Below, one piece after another: positions 1 through 12,628 of a stretch of DNA of 64,000 nt (the stretch's first letter is position 1; each line of letters starts with the position of its first letter). The DNA is from Felis catus (Eukaryota), in contig NC_058368.1 in the NCBI RefSeq assembly GCF_018350175.1, positions 104,906,001 to 104,970,000 of the forward strand, in the 5' to 3' direction. The notes beneath the pieces are model-generated. The model did not search any database. It was not told the origin of the DNA and saw only the letters and a list, made by a program, of their open reading frames with translations. The position numbers were made by a program, and so were the translations under genes.

Positions 1-74
1 CTCTCTTTCTCTGCCCCTCCCTTGCTCGCTCTGTCTGTCTCTCTGTCAATAAACTTAAATAAACTTAAAAAAAA
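1..74 (+). mobile_element. CAN-SINE 3' end (cut by window edge)
   Basis: CT-rich linker, AATAAA, A-tail. Confidence 0.8.
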
Positions 75-760
75 TAGGTGAATATATAAGCAAACTGTGG
101 TACATTCGTACAATGGGATATTGTTCAGTGATAAAAAGAAAAGAGCCATCGAGCCATCGAGGAAAAGACAAGGAAGAATTGAAATGCACACTACTAAGTA
201 AAAGAAACCAATCTGAAAAGGCTAAATACTGCATGACTATATGAAATTTTGGAAAAGGCAAAACTATGGAGACATTAAAAAGACGAGTAGTGGCGTGCCT
301 GAGTGGGTCAGTCGGTTAAATGTCTGGCTCTGGCTCAGGTCATGACCTCACAGTTCGAGAGTTCAAGCCCCGCATCAGGCTCTGTGCTGACAGCTCAGAG
401 CCTGGAGCCTTCTTCGGATTCTTTGTCTTTCTCTCTCTGTCTCTCCCCTGCTCGTGCTCTGTCTCTCTGTCTCTCTCAACAATAAACATTAAAAACTTAA
501 AAAAAAAAAAAAAAAGATGAGTGGTGCCAGGGGTTCAGGGTGATGGGTGAACGGGTGGAATATTGGGAAACTTCAGCGCAGTGAAACTGTATCTTCAATA
601 TTGGTTCATCACTGTAATGGATATATTACATTAATGCAGGACGTTAGTTAATATGTGAGAAGCTTTGGTTGGGGAGCAGTATATGGGAACTGTACTTTTC
701 ACTCAATTTTACTGTAAACTTAAAACTGCTCTAAAATATGGAGTATTAATTAAAAAGGAA
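75..760 (+). mobile_element. old L1 3'-end fragment, interrupted by a SINE
   Basis: L1 3'UTR-like text (aaactgtggtacatt...caatgggatattg; gaaaaggcaaaactatggagac; aaacttaaaactgctctaaaa). Confidence 0.7.
291..515 (+). mobile_element. CAN-SINE (SINEC_Fc-like)
   Basis: tRNA-derived head (ggctcaggtcatgacctcacagttcgagagttcaagccc), CT tract, A-tail, degenerate TSD aaaagaYgagtRgtg. Confidence 0.9.
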
Positions 761-953
761 AAGAGAGAGAGTTTCGAAATCTGACACAGAGTTTAATCCT
801 CCCATTTGGCATTTGTGTGGGCTTTGGCTTCTAAATTTTCTCATGAGAATATGAACATCATATCATTACGTTGTAGAATTATTTGGGGTTTGATTGAGCT
901 AACACAGGAAAACTCCAGAGAAAGCCTGGTACACCATTGGCACTCCACATTTA

Positions 954-1209
954 TTTTTTTATTTATGTTTTATTAGAAAAGGTTTTTTTTTAAGGTTTCT
1001 TTATTTTTGAGAGAGAGAGAGAGAGAGAATGAGAGCGTGCACGAGCACAGGTGGGGCAGAGAGAGAGGGAGACACAGAGTCTGAAGCAGGCTTCAGGCTC
1101 TGAGCTGTCAGCACAGAGCCAGATGCAGGGCTTGAATCCACAAATCATGAGATCATGACCTGAGCCAAAGTCAGACTGTGCCTTGCTGACTGAGCCACAC
1201 AGGTGCCCC
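954..1209 (-). mobile_element. CAN-SINE
   Basis: Reverse-oriented SINE with perfect 15-bp TSD ggcactccacattta (939-953 and 1211-1225). Confidence 0.92.
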
Positions 1210-1251
1210 AGGCACTCCACATTTAGTAACTTTTCTAGCTTTCCTTTTCTT

Positions 1252-1457
1252 TTTTTCTTCTTCTTTTTAAAAACGTTTATTTATTTTTGAGAGAGAGAGA
1301 GAGTGGGGACGGTGCGAAGAGAGAGAGTGAGACAGAGGATCCAAAGCAGGCCCTTCTCTTTCAGCTCACAGCCCCATGCAGGGCTCAAACCCACAAACTG
1401 TGAGATCATCACCTGAGCCGAAGTCAGCGTAACCAACTGAGCCACTCAGGTGCCCCC
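1252..1457 (-). mobile_element. CAN-SINE
   Basis: Reverse SINE ending gccactcaggtgcccc. Confidence 0.88.
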
Positions 1458-2121
1458 ACTAGCCTTCCTTTTCTTTGTGTGTATTAGAACTTGATAGTCA
1501 TGTTAGAGGACAGGATGGGGCAAGAACTTGCCAGGAGAAATGCACCATCAAAAGTTTAGTTGTCGTTGCAGGAGTTGATCTAGCAAGATCACCCTTTGCC
1601 ATTACAAAGAAGCAAAACCCATTTTACCTGCTAATCTTCAGGTGCACTATTAGGCTTTATACCAAGAGGTGTCCTCTCTTCTGTTTATGGTAGCAGCCAA
1701 AACCCCATGTACAGAACATGAACTTGACTGCACTGACCCCCTTCACAGACTCCAACTCTACAAACGTTCTAAAGTACTTGGCTTTCATGAATTGTCTCAA
1801 AAGCAAAGTTCCTTTTATTTGCTTCTCCAAACCTAACTGAAAGTATTGCTTTCCTTAATGTCTCCTTGCTCCTCTTTCTCCAGATTTCTGAAACTATAAG
1901 ATCTCAGAATTGCCAATAGCTACTGATGTCTGCATATGCCCTGTCAGATTTTCTGCTGCAGGGACTGGGTTTCTGGCTTGTCCTAGTCTCTGGTTTTGCC
2001 CCTCAGATGAGGTAAGGGTTAAGGTTGGAGATATGGCCTGGTAGATGAAGAAGACTCTTGGGAATTGTATTAAACCAGTAAATCCAGTAACACAGGTGTT
2101 TGATTTAAAAACATAAGGGTA

Positions 2122-2348
2122 GGGGCGCCTGGGTGGTGCAGTCGGTTAAGCGTCCGACTTCAGCCGGGTCACGATCTCGCGGTCCGTGAGTTCGAGCCCC
2201 GTGTCAGGCTCTGGGCGGAAGGCTCGGAGCCTGGAGCCTGTTTCCGATTCTGTGTCTCCCTCTCTCTCTGCCCCTACCCCGTTCATGCTCTGTCTCTCTC
2301 TGTCCCAAAAATAAATAAAAACGTTGAAAAAAAAATTAAAAAAAAAAC
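2122..2348 (+). mobile_element. young CpG-rich SINEC_Fc-like element
   Basis: CpGs retained. Perfect TSD aaaacataagggta (2108-2121 and 2349-2362). Confidence 0.93.
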
Positions 2349-2559
2349 AAAACATAAGGGTAGATACTACCAAAAATAGGTAATCAGCTAAAGTGGGTGG
2401 GTAGCAGTAAGGAAAGGCCATGGGCATTTCCTGGTTTCATCTTCCATAGATACTTTAGAGGGGGTCAAATCTATTGCATAAAGTAGTAATTACAAAGATA
2501 AACATCAGAACAAAAACATGAACTTTCTAAATGATCAGACAATACACACACACATACGT

Positions 2560-3611
2560 TATAGAAAACATAACAAAATACTATAAAAAAGAAAAAATGT
2601 AACAAAAAACATGTCAGATAAAAACTAAACATACGTGTCGTATAAATAAAAGTAGGTTGAGTAACTCCTCATTGAAAGACAGAAATAAAAGTTTTAATCA
2701 TAAAGCAAAATGTAATTTTATTTCCCAATTCAAGAGATATACCTAAAATAAAATAGCTCCTAAAAACTGAAAAGCAAAGGATCATGAGTGAAGGCCTGTC
2801 AGGCAAATGTGAAGAAGATAATAAAGGGTATATCCACTTTGATGATCTCACTGTTATGGATACCTATGAATCAAATAACCTTGTGGCAGCATAATTAAAG
2901 CAAAAATTACAGGAAACCTAAGAGGAAATAGGAGATTTCAATTCCCGCATCTCAGTTCATGACATAGCTGGTGAAGAAAAAATGTTTGTCGGGTGGAACA
3001 TATGCATAATGAAAGTCATAGGTATAATTGCTTTGCATGGAATGAAGTTTTCATGCCTTCACATTATTTTCACGCACCCATAAAATATTGGAGTTAATGG
3101 ACCATCCTGTAGGACACAAGCAAAATCTTGGTCCACTTAAGAAAATTAGATGATAGAAATAAATAAGTGCAAATATGATAAAGGGTGAGTAAATAAAAGC
3201 AAATCACTTCATTGGCTATTGGAAGTAAGCCAGTTCTGTAAAGTGAATCGTTACAAAATTGATGTTATTAAATAAATAGCCTTCCTATACAGAAGTAATA
3301 ATCAATTAGAAAATGCAGTAGAAGAAAAGACTGTATTGACAATGGCAAGAAAAATGATAAAATACCCAAGAAAAGGTTAAGAAATACTAAAGTTTTGTAT
3401 TTTGTAAAAAAAAAAAAAATCAAACACTGCTGGGACATATAAAAGACTGATGGATAGAAAGACAAAGCACTATAAAAATGTCAATTTTCTCTAACTCTAT
3501 TTATATAATAGGCTTCCAATGAAAATGTCATCTGAGTTTTATTTTAACATAGATGAACTGGTTGTTAAAAGTTAATAACTCTGACTCTTTCTACAGTCCT
3601 TTCTATATGGC

Positions 3612-3654
<43 letters not shown>

Positions 3655-4570
3655 CACAAAGTCAAAATCCAAACTACGAAGAAGGCAAAACATTTGCAAT
3701 GGGTATTGCATAAATAGGACAATTTTTATTGCATAAAAACCTCCTATAAACTATTTTTAAAAATCAACAATATGACAGAAGATAGAGACCGCTTCAAAAG
3801 AAATACAAAGGACTCTTAATTACATACAATGTTCAGCCTCAGTCTTCTTAAGATAAATGCAAAGGGATATATTTTCCATTTGCAAATCAGCAGTCAAACA
3901 TCTGATAAAACACTACATTTGGAGAAGAAGGAGAAAAGCTAGCTCCTACTTAACTGGTGGGAGTAGAAACTAACACAGTCTCAATGCAGAGCAATTTGGA
4001 AGTATGTATCAAAATTCCACATAGAAATGCCATTTGATCAAGTAGTTCTACTTAGGAGAATTCATTCAACAGTTATGCTTGGATGTGTGTAAAATGACAT
4101 GTATCTAAGTAGAATCAATACAGATTTGCTGGTATCAGCAAAATATTAGAATCAACTATGTTCAGGAATTGGTGCAAGTTAAAGAAATTACTGACAATGT
4201 AATCCATTTAATGGAAGCATCTGTAGCTCTTTTAAATGAAGTAGCTGTAAATACAGTGATAGAGATTGAGCTCCAAGATATATGCATGTGTGTGCGAGTG
4301 CATGTGTGTGTACATAGAGTGGTATTTTATACACACACACCCTGAGCACTAAGGTATAATGTAGTATATCTGGCATATTTCCAGTTGTGTAAAAAATACA
4401 AGAGAAAGCATATGCATATATATATGCCTCTGAGATACAGAGCAGTGGGACTATGAGGTTGGACAACAGGCTTCTGAGAGCAACTTGTCATGACACACCT
4501 TTCTGTATCTTTTATTTTTGCACTGTGTCCATATGTTGTCTATGAAAAAAAAAATACCAAATCAAATAAA
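2560..4570 (+). mobile_element. ancient L1 (L1M-type) fragments
   Basis: A-rich, degenerate ORF2- and 3'-end-like text (e.g. gggagtagaaactaacacagtc...gagcaatttggaagtatgtatcaaaatt). Confidence 0.55.
3613..3652 (+). repeat. (AC)20 microsatellite
   Basis: Direct reading of the sequence. Confidence 0.97.
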
Positions 4571-6110
4571 ACTTTTAAAAAGTGCTTAGCATGTAAAACA
4601 GAAATCTGGATTTGTGCTTACCAAACAAGCAAGACCTGTGCTTGCAGGATCCAGTGTCTGGAAACAGCAAACTGCAGAGTTAGGCAGGGTCATTATTTGA
4701 GCCCATGCTCGCCATGCCCCCTGCTACAATCTTAGCCCCAGCTTCATCATGGCTCACTTGGAAATCTCCCTACATTCCTATGGACCCACAGAGCTTCACC
4801 ATGGTCTATGAGGCAATAAAAAGCTTTAACACGTCTGGGGCTTGATGAATATGGTTGGTGGAGGAGGGAGAGCGACCACATTTCTAAGTACTGGATAATA
4901 GTGATATCATTCAATTCAGTTTCAATGAAATTGAAAAGGCAAAATTTTTAAGTAGTTACATGGATAAGATGACGAGTTTCTCTCTTACCTGGTTGAGCAT
5001 GAGAAGGTGGTGAGCTTTCTAGGTGGTTCAATGTTGTAGAGACGAATTAGAGACAGACATGCAGAACTGAGGGTTTCTGTTAAAGCTCTCAGAGTAGACT
5101 CTTCGCCTTGTCTATAAGTAGGGAATGTACACACGGGCCTGGCAGTCTTGAAAAGTGAGATGCTTTGATGGGGGAGCGTCTGGAGAGGAAGATGAGGGCA
5201 TGAGGGCCCTGGGGGGGGGGGTGGTACGCATTGACTCTTTTGAGCTGGAGAGTGAAGATTTGTCAACTGTGTGCTGCTTCCTGCCCGTCTCAACAGAAGG
5301 AGTGTGAGACACGTTCCTCTCTTGGCTCTCATGAGTGTGTGTCTGGCGACAGCAGGAACAAAATGTGACTGAGCCGGAGTTTAAACCTTTGTTCAATGAC
5401 TCCAGTGCAGGATCTCCATGTGAAATAGGTATTTCTCAAATGAGAAGACAGCAGGACTGAAAGAAAATAGTAAATTTAGTAAGACAGAAGTAGTCAGAGG
5501 GAGTAGGAGAAACAATTAGTGCAGCATCATAGATCCAAGGGAAGAGCGGCTCTCAAAAAGGAATGGCCTATTCCATAAAAGTAATGGTGTGTGAAAGTCT
5601 GAGGAACAAAACCACCAAGGTCTATCTCCTCGTAGCCAGCTGCAAAAGCTGTATGAACAAGGTAAGGTGTTTTCCACAGCGCTGTGAAGTTATTGTCCCA
5701 AAGTTTATGTTCTCCCTGGCATTGTGCGTGTAGTTGTTAGAAGACCCTCAGTCTTCCTCCTTGTCTTTTTGTGTTTGGGGCGCATATCTTTCCTACTGAT
5801 TGGGATCTCTTGTAGGGCAGGAATTAGTTCATGTTATTTCTGGCCCGTGGCTTCCAGCGTAGTGTTTCAGTCAGTAAACATTGCTTGAGTGAATACTTGG
5901 AAATGTTTCCAGAAATTGTGACATCTACAAAGTTAAGCTGTGGGCGATGTCACAGGCCTACGCTCACAGATTATGTCAGGAATCTTCCTGAACTGCCTTC
6001 ACGGATCACATTTCTGAGGCCACATTGAATGGACCCACACTAAACAAAATGTGTTTTATGTGCATGAAGCAAACAAAGAACTTGATCTCTGCAAAAATAT
6101 TTTTAATTTG

Positions 6111-6300
6111 GGGAGCCTGGGTGGCTCAGTCAGTGAGGCAGCCGGGTCTCAGGTCATGATCTCACACTTCGTGAGTTTGAGCCCTGCATTGGGCTCTGCG
6201 CTGAGGGCATGGAGTCTGCTTGGGATTCTCTCTCTCCCTCTCTCTCTGCCCCTACCCTGCTCTGTCTCAAAAAAGAATAAACATCAAAAAAAAGAAAAAA
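6111..6300 (+). mobile_element. CAN-SINE
   Basis: gggagcctgggtggctcagtc head, CT tract, A-tail. Confidence 0.88.
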
Positions 6301-6519
6301 GTAATTAAAATTGTTTTCTTAATTTGATGGAATCAAAATCATGAGATTTTAGAAAAGAATGATGAGAGCATTCTGCAGCATTAGCTTCCTGGCCCTCAGT
6401 ACATTCGCTTATCTATTCATTCATTTCACAGATGTTTGAGAGTAGCACTGAGGAGACAGCAGTGAACAAAACAGAAAGTTGTTCTTGAGTTCATATATAT
6501 ATATATATATATATTTAAA

Positions 6520-6732
6520 ATTTTTTTAAGTTTATTTATTTATGTATGTATTTATTTATTTAGAGCACAAGCAAGGGAGGGGCAGAGAAAGAGGGAGACA
6601 CAGAATCCGAAGCAGGCTCCAGGCTCTGAGCTGTCAGCACCGAGCCCAACATGGGCCTTGAACCCACGCACTGTGAGATCCTGACCTGAGCTGAGGTCTG
6701 ATGCTTAACTGACTGAGCCACCCAGGTGCCCC
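6520..6732 (-). mobile_element. CAN-SINE next to (TA)n at 6493-6513
   Basis: Reverse SINE ending gagccacccaggtgcccc. Confidence 0.9.
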
Positions 6733-7288
6733 GATATTTGCATTTATAATGCAGGACATTACTGGAAGCAAAGAAATATCACCGTTTATAGGGTAATGTC
6801 AGAACGTGCTAAGTGTTAGGAAGAAAAAGAAAGCGAGGGTTGAGCAAAGGCCTCTCTGGGTCTCAAATGACATGAGGAAGTCAACCAGTGTTCAGGAAGA
6901 GGCAGCAGATGCAAACAGCCCAAGGTGTGAGTGGGTGGATGCACTCGAGAAACAGCACCGAGGTCCCTGTGGAAACAGCGAGGCAGACAGGTGTCGGGGG
7001 CTGTATCCTGCAGGTCTGACACAGAGGTCTGTGGAAAAGTTCTGTAGAGGCAGGAGCAGGAGCAGGGGGGCCCTCAGGGTGCTGGTGAAGACTTCCAAGT
7101 GTGAGATGACAAAGTCGGGGCCAACGTGACAGCAGCAGAGTGGACGAGCTGTGGTCAAGTCCTGTCTAAGGACGTGTTAGAGGACTGGATGTGGAGGGTG
7201 AAAGATAGCAAGGGGTCCAGGATTTTTCTAACGTGGTGGTGTTTTTAAAAATATACTTTATATTTCCCAACAATTTTAGATTCACAGA

Positions 7289-7505
7289 TTTTTTTTTTAA
7301 TTTTTAATTTTTTTTTTTTTAATTTTTGAGAGAGAGAGAATCAGAGAGAGCAGGGGAGGAGCAAAGAGAGAGAGACAGAATCTGAAGCAGGCTCCAGGCT
7401 CTGAGCTGCTAACACAGAGCCCGACTCAGTGCCTGAACCCACAAACTGTGAGATCATGACCTGAGCCGAAGTTAGACATATAACCAACTCAGCCACCCAG
7501 GCGCC
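7289..7505 (-). mobile_element. CAN-SINE
   Basis: Reverse SINE ending gccacccaggcgcc. Confidence 0.9.
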
Positions 7506-7516
7506 GCCACAGAAAG

Positions 7517-7707
7517 ATTTTTTAATATTTTTTTTAAAGTTTATTTATTTAAAGGATAGGCGGGGGGGGGGGGGGGATCCCAAGCAGGCTCCTTGCTGTC
7601 AGAGTGTGCCCCATGCGGGCACCCCATGAACTCCCAAATCACGAGATCATGACCTGAGCAGAAAGCAGGAGCTGGATGCTTAACCGACTGAGCCACTCAA
7701 GCACGCC
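7517..7707 (-). mobile_element. CAN-SINE (older, more diverged)
   Basis: Reverse SINE containing gagatcatgacctgagc...ttaaccgactgagccac. Confidence 0.85.
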
Positions 7708-7920
7708 TAGAGTCACAGAAAGATTGAGAAGATAGTACAGAGTTCCCTTACACCCCACACCTTGTTTCCTCTATTAACACCTTGCGTTAGTATGGTACCT
7801 TTGTTACGATGAATGAACCACTGTTGTTCTATTAGTAACTAAAGCCCATACTCGCATCCGGATTTCCTTAGTTTTTACGTCATGTTCCTTTCAGGTCGAG
7901 GATCTTAACCAGGATACCAC

Positions 7921-8154
7921 TGAGAGATTGAACGTACAGAGATTGAATGGCCAGACCATATATAAGAATAGACTTCTGACCCCTCAGCTAGCTGTCGAGG
8001 AAGCCAGACAGCAAACCTTGTCGCATTCAGCCCCACGTGGCCAGGGTTCGATTAATAATTGACAGCTTCCAATTTAGGACCAGCCAGAGAAAGTCAGAGA
8101 AAGTCTGAATAAAGAACCTTTTCTTGTTCTTATTGGGTGGGGTTTGCGTTCAGA
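7921..8154 (+). mobile_element. short, internally deleted ERV1-like solo LTR inserted in an old L1
   Basis: Starts with TG, contains TATATAA and AATAAA, flanked by a ccac duplication (7917-7920 and 8155-8158). Host L1-like text resumes after it. Confidence 0.5.
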
Positions 8155-8536
8155 CCACATTGTGTTCCGTAGCCTTGTCTCCTTAGGCTCTTCTTGGCTG
8201 CAACAGTTTTTCAGACTTTCCTTACTTGGGATGACATTGCCAGTTTGGAGGAATACTAGTTAGATATGTAGAATTCATCTTTGTTCCCAGGACTAAACCA
8301 GGATTATGGTGGGGGGAGGGGGGGGAGGAAAGTGCCTTTTTCCTCACAGCCTGTGAAGGGCAGAGTCTATCAACGTGACTTATCACTGTGGATATTGACT
8401 GTGATCCAAGGTAGTTTTTTGTTTTGTTTTGTTTTTTTGTTTTTTCATTGTTTTTGTTTTTTTTTTTTTTTTTACCAGAGCAATTGGAAAACCAGAGATT
8501 CCATTTGTTAACCAGGGAAACACAAATGGAACAGGG

Positions 8537-8572
8537 TTTTGTTTTGTTTAATTTTTTTAATGTTTATTTATT

Positions 8573-8628
<56 letters not shown>

Positions 8629-8795
8629 CATCAGCGGGGGAGGGGCAGAGAGAGAGGGAGACACAGAATCCAAAGCAGGCTCCAGGCTCTGAGCTGTCAG
8701 CACAGAGCCCGACATAGGACTTGAGCTCACGAACCATGAAATCATGACCTGAGCCGAAGTCAGATGTCCAACCTACTGAGCCACCCAGGTGCCCC
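8537..8795 (-). mobile_element. CAN-SINE with expanded (GA)n
   Basis: Reverse SINE with long GA tract at 8576-8622. Confidence 0.92.
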
Positions 8796-10551
8796 TGTTT
8801 TGTTTGTTTTTTTAAACATTAAGAATTTTAATTAGTCTCCTGACTAGACATCAAAGTAATGCTATTGAAGAGGTGTAGAGTTTACAAGTGATGTTATGGT
8901 TAGCTATATAAATGTGGGCATCATTAGAATATAAATGTTGAAAGCAATGGCCTGGGGGAGTCCACAAAAGTTTGGGAAAAGAGACCCAAGAACTGAGTGC
9001 TGGATCATTTCAACATGAATTTTTACTTCAAATAAGAGTAGTTTTTATTTCCTTCATTTTATGTTACAAAGTTGTGTCTCCTTTTACATTGCTACTAAGT
9101 GAAATGCTTCTAATATCTTGTCGTTAAGTATGATATTTGCCATGTTATTCTGTAGATGCCCTCTATCAGATGAAACATTTTTCTGAAACGGAACAACCCA
9201 TCTATTCCTGGGGCAAAAAATACCCCCTTAATCATAATGTATTATCATCCTTATGCCCACTCAGTCCTCAATTCCATGTTCTAAGATTTCATCTAGGATT
9301 TTCCATCTGTGCTGGTATGTAAAAATGTGTTAGCATTTCCTTTTCTTGTCTCATTAGGAAGCCAACCATAATTAACATCACTGCAGAAATCCCTTAACTA
9401 GCCTTCATTTGTCAAGGGAGGAAATTAAAGCTCTGAGGCGATAACCCCAGAGGTGCATTGCTACTTAGTGATTGCACTAGATTCCGTATCCATTGTGTGT
9501 TCCATCTTACCTAGATGACCCGCTCAGAAGCGGTTCTATGAGACCACAGTGGGGAGGACACTGAGTGGCTGTTCACATGCAGTTGGGTTTATACGTGAAT
9601 TATATGGTTTGGATCTATTCATCTCCTAGGCTCTCTTCCTCAAATTTCAATTCTAAGCCTTAGAGACATGCTGAATTGCCAACACAATGGGTGCAACTTG
9701 TGAGCTTTAAACGTTCCTTGAAAATGAAGATGCTTGTAAGAACATTTGTGTTATGTTTCCTACTCTTTTCCTAAACTGTGATACAAACGCCTAGAGGCAA
9801 AAACTGAATTCAAAGACTTTGAGAAGCACTACTACAAGATATGAATATTTAGGAGTTACTTTGCACTGGGAGCTGCTGGTTGAAGTTATGCAAACTTTTG
9901 ACTTTGCAAAAACATGAAATTCTAGAAAAAAAATGTAAATACTTTGTAATATGTTATTGCATCTTAACAGTTTTTCTTTGGCCAGAGAACTCACTCGGGT
10001 TGCATGGTTTCTTTTTCAAAGTAAAATTTCAAAGTTGCCAGAAAGGCATATTTGTTCTATTTCCTACAAGATTATTTTTAGTGAAATCATATCTAGGGGA
10101 GTAAAAGGATTATGAGGACTTCTTGCAATGTGTATACTACACTTCTGTCTTCATCAGAAATTCAAATCAATTCAATAAAATGTTCATAGAGTGAAAATTT
10201 GAATGTATTGAGATTCTAAAAGCAAAGTTATTGCTGTCAAGCAGCTCATAAGCAAACAGGGACTGTAGACATGTACAACCAACAAAGATGCAATGTGAAA
10301 TGTTTTATGATGGAAGTAAACTTTGATCACATCCTTAAAAAATGAGGCATACCTATTAGCAGAAGATGGAAAGAGAAAAAAAGCATTTCAGGTAGAGGGA
10401 CTGATAGAAGCAAAGGCAGATGGTTTCTAGAGGGGGCTGATCTATGCAGCTGATGGCTAGGGATTATGAAGGAAGATTCGGGAAGAGGAAAGGGTCTAGA
10501 AAGTGAGGGTAAATTTAAGATTTTATCATTCAGGCAGTGGAGAATCATAGA

Positions 10552-10801
10552 TTTTTTTAAGTTTATTTACTTATTTTGAGAGAGAGAGAGAGAGAGAGAG
10601 AGAAGGAGGGAGGGAGGGAGAGAGAGAGGGGATGGACACGAGTTGGGGAGGGGCAGAGAGAGAGGGAGAGAGAGAATCCCAAGCAGGCTCCATGCTGCCA
10701 GCACAAAGCCTGACCCAGGCTGGATCTCACCAACTGTGACATTATGACCTGAGTCAAAATCATAAGTCAGACCCTTAACTGACTGAACCACCCAGGTGCC
10801 C
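10552..10801 (-). mobile_element. CAN-SINE
   Basis: Reverse SINE ending gaaccacccaggtgccc. Confidence 0.9.
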
Positions 10802-10814
10802 AAGAATGTTTCAT

Positions 10815-10817
<3 letters not shown>

Positions 10818-10870
<53 letters not shown>

Positions 10871-10983
10871 AAGAAGAACTTATCTTTTATATATATATTA
10901 TATATATATTATATACATAATATATATATAATATATATAATATATATATATAATATATATATAAAAGATAAGTTCTTCTTTGT
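10818..10983. repeat. (TA)n/(CA)n microsatellite plus AT-rich palindrome
   Basis: (TA)n at 10818-10858. Inverted repeat arms at 10868-10909 and 10942-10983. Confidence 0.95.
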
Positions 10984-11120
10984 AGCAAATGGAAATGGAT
11001 TCTTACATGTGTGTGGTTGAGAGGCAGGTATTGAAATTTTCACACTATAACTCATGTGTAAGAAGAATAACTTTTTTTTTGGAAAGAAGATTAATTTCTT
11101 AATATCTCTGTAGCTAGAAT

Positions 11121-11249
11121 GAGTATAAGACATATTGTCCAAACTGGAACATTTTTGAGAATAAAAGGTGGGAACTTTTCATAATTATACCAGGACAGTA
11201 GTCCTAAACTGGGAGAGTTCTGGGCAAATTGAGAGGCAGGGCCACCCTA
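11121..11249 (-). mobile_element. MER94-like hAT MITE
   Basis: attgtccaaactggaacatttttgagaataaaagg...aaactgggagagttctgggcaaattgagaggcagggccaccct resembles the recalled MER94 consensus. Confidence 0.55.
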
Positions 11250-11399
11250 TTTATAACTAAAGGAAATTTTTCATTGATGGCAAACAAGCAAAAAAAAAAA
11301 TTGGAAATTACAACTCAGGCTCATCTAAGTAAACTTCTTTTTGATTTAAAAGTCATCATCAGAGGACTATTTAGACAATTTCAAAGTTCAAGAGTAAGA

Positions 11400-11640
11400 G
11401 GTAACACTTACCTAGACAATGTTATGCCAGGTGCTGTTCACACCAGCGCTCAACACGTTTTTTCTTCAAGCAAAAAACTATGAGGTAGGTATTAATATAT
11501 TCTCATTTCATGGGTGAAGAAATCCAGGCAGGGCTTAAGTGACATGCCCAGGGCTAGTTGTTGGCATAGCAGGTGCTGGAGCAAGGATTCAAATCCAGGT
11601 TGTCTATACCAAGAACTGTGTCTCAATCTATACCACGTTG
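11400..11640. mobile_element. MIR
   Basis: MIR core-like ctatgaggtaggtatt...catttcatgggtgaagaaat...ggattcaaatccagg. Confidence 0.65.
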
Positions 11641-11994
11641 CCTTGCGGACTCTAAGTCATACCTTGCTTAACTCCTAAACTTGAATTCCAGAGCAACCAT
11701 GCATAATCGTTCAGTACAAGCATTTCCCATGCAATGTTTGGATCAATACTTCTCCTTCCTAGGAAACTTCTAGATCCTGTTTGCCTGGCTGTGGGCCCCT
11801 GGTCCCTATGTGTTGGCTGGTAGCCTTGATGTATCTGCTAATGTGTCTTTTGTGTATATGGACCTCGTGGAGCATTTTCTCAGCCCAGCCCATGGTATCT
11901 CTGACCAGGTTCAGTTCTGCCTTTATTCCTGGTCATGCTGCAGATGCCCAGAGTTCCAGCCTCTTCTCCTTCCTACCTCAAAATACAGGCTTTA

Positions 11995-12207
11995 GAGGCA
12001 CCTGGGTGGCTCAGTCAGGTAAGCATCAGACTTTGGCTCAGGTCATGATCTCACAGTTCGTGGGTTTGAGCCCCATGTCAGGCTCTGTGCTGACAGCTCA
12101 GAGCCTGGAGGCTGCATTGACTTTCTCTCTCTCTCTCTCTCTCTCTCTGCCCCTCCCCTGCTTGCACTCTTTCTGTCTCTCAAAAATAATAAATGATAAA
12201 AAAATAA
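11995..12207 (+). mobile_element. CAN-SINE
   Basis: gaggcacctgggtggctcagtc head, (CT)n, A-tail. Confidence 0.9.
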
Positions 12208-12410
12208 AACCAAACTACATGCTTTAATATCCATATGAATATTACACATTTTATAGACTATTTTAAGCATATTTAAGTGTAGACTCTGTAGTGAGCTAAA
12301 AAACTTCAACTCGTGTGGGAAATAGTTCCGTTTGCCTGGGGGTGATAAAATCAAATTTCCACTCTAACATGGTATCTCTCATTATGGCTGAAAAATGAAC
12401 TCTCTTATTT

Positions 12411-12628
12411 AAAAAAAAAATTTTTTTAACATTTATTTATTTTCAAGAGACAGAGACAGAGTGTGAGTTGGGGAGTGGCAGAGAGAGAGGGAGACACAGA
12501 ATCCGAAGCAGGCTCCAGGCTCTGAGCTGTCAGTGCAGAGCTTGACATAGGACTGGAACCCACCAACAGTGAGATCATGACCTGAGCTGAAGTCCGACGC
12601 TTAACCTACTGAGCCACCCAGGCGCCTC
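12411..12628 (-). mobile_element. CAN-SINE
   Basis: Reverse SINE with degenerate TSD actYtcttattta. Confidence 0.9.

Noticed and set aside
2122..2200. tRNA-like A/B box sequences at SINE heads
   Set aside because: These are tRNA-derived SINE promoters followed by CT tracts, A-tails and TSDs, not tRNA genes.
11781..12227. 148-aa ORF with a hydrophobic N-terminus resembling a signal peptide
   Set aside because: It has a non-ATG start, its second half is SINE sequence, and there is no splice or promoter context.
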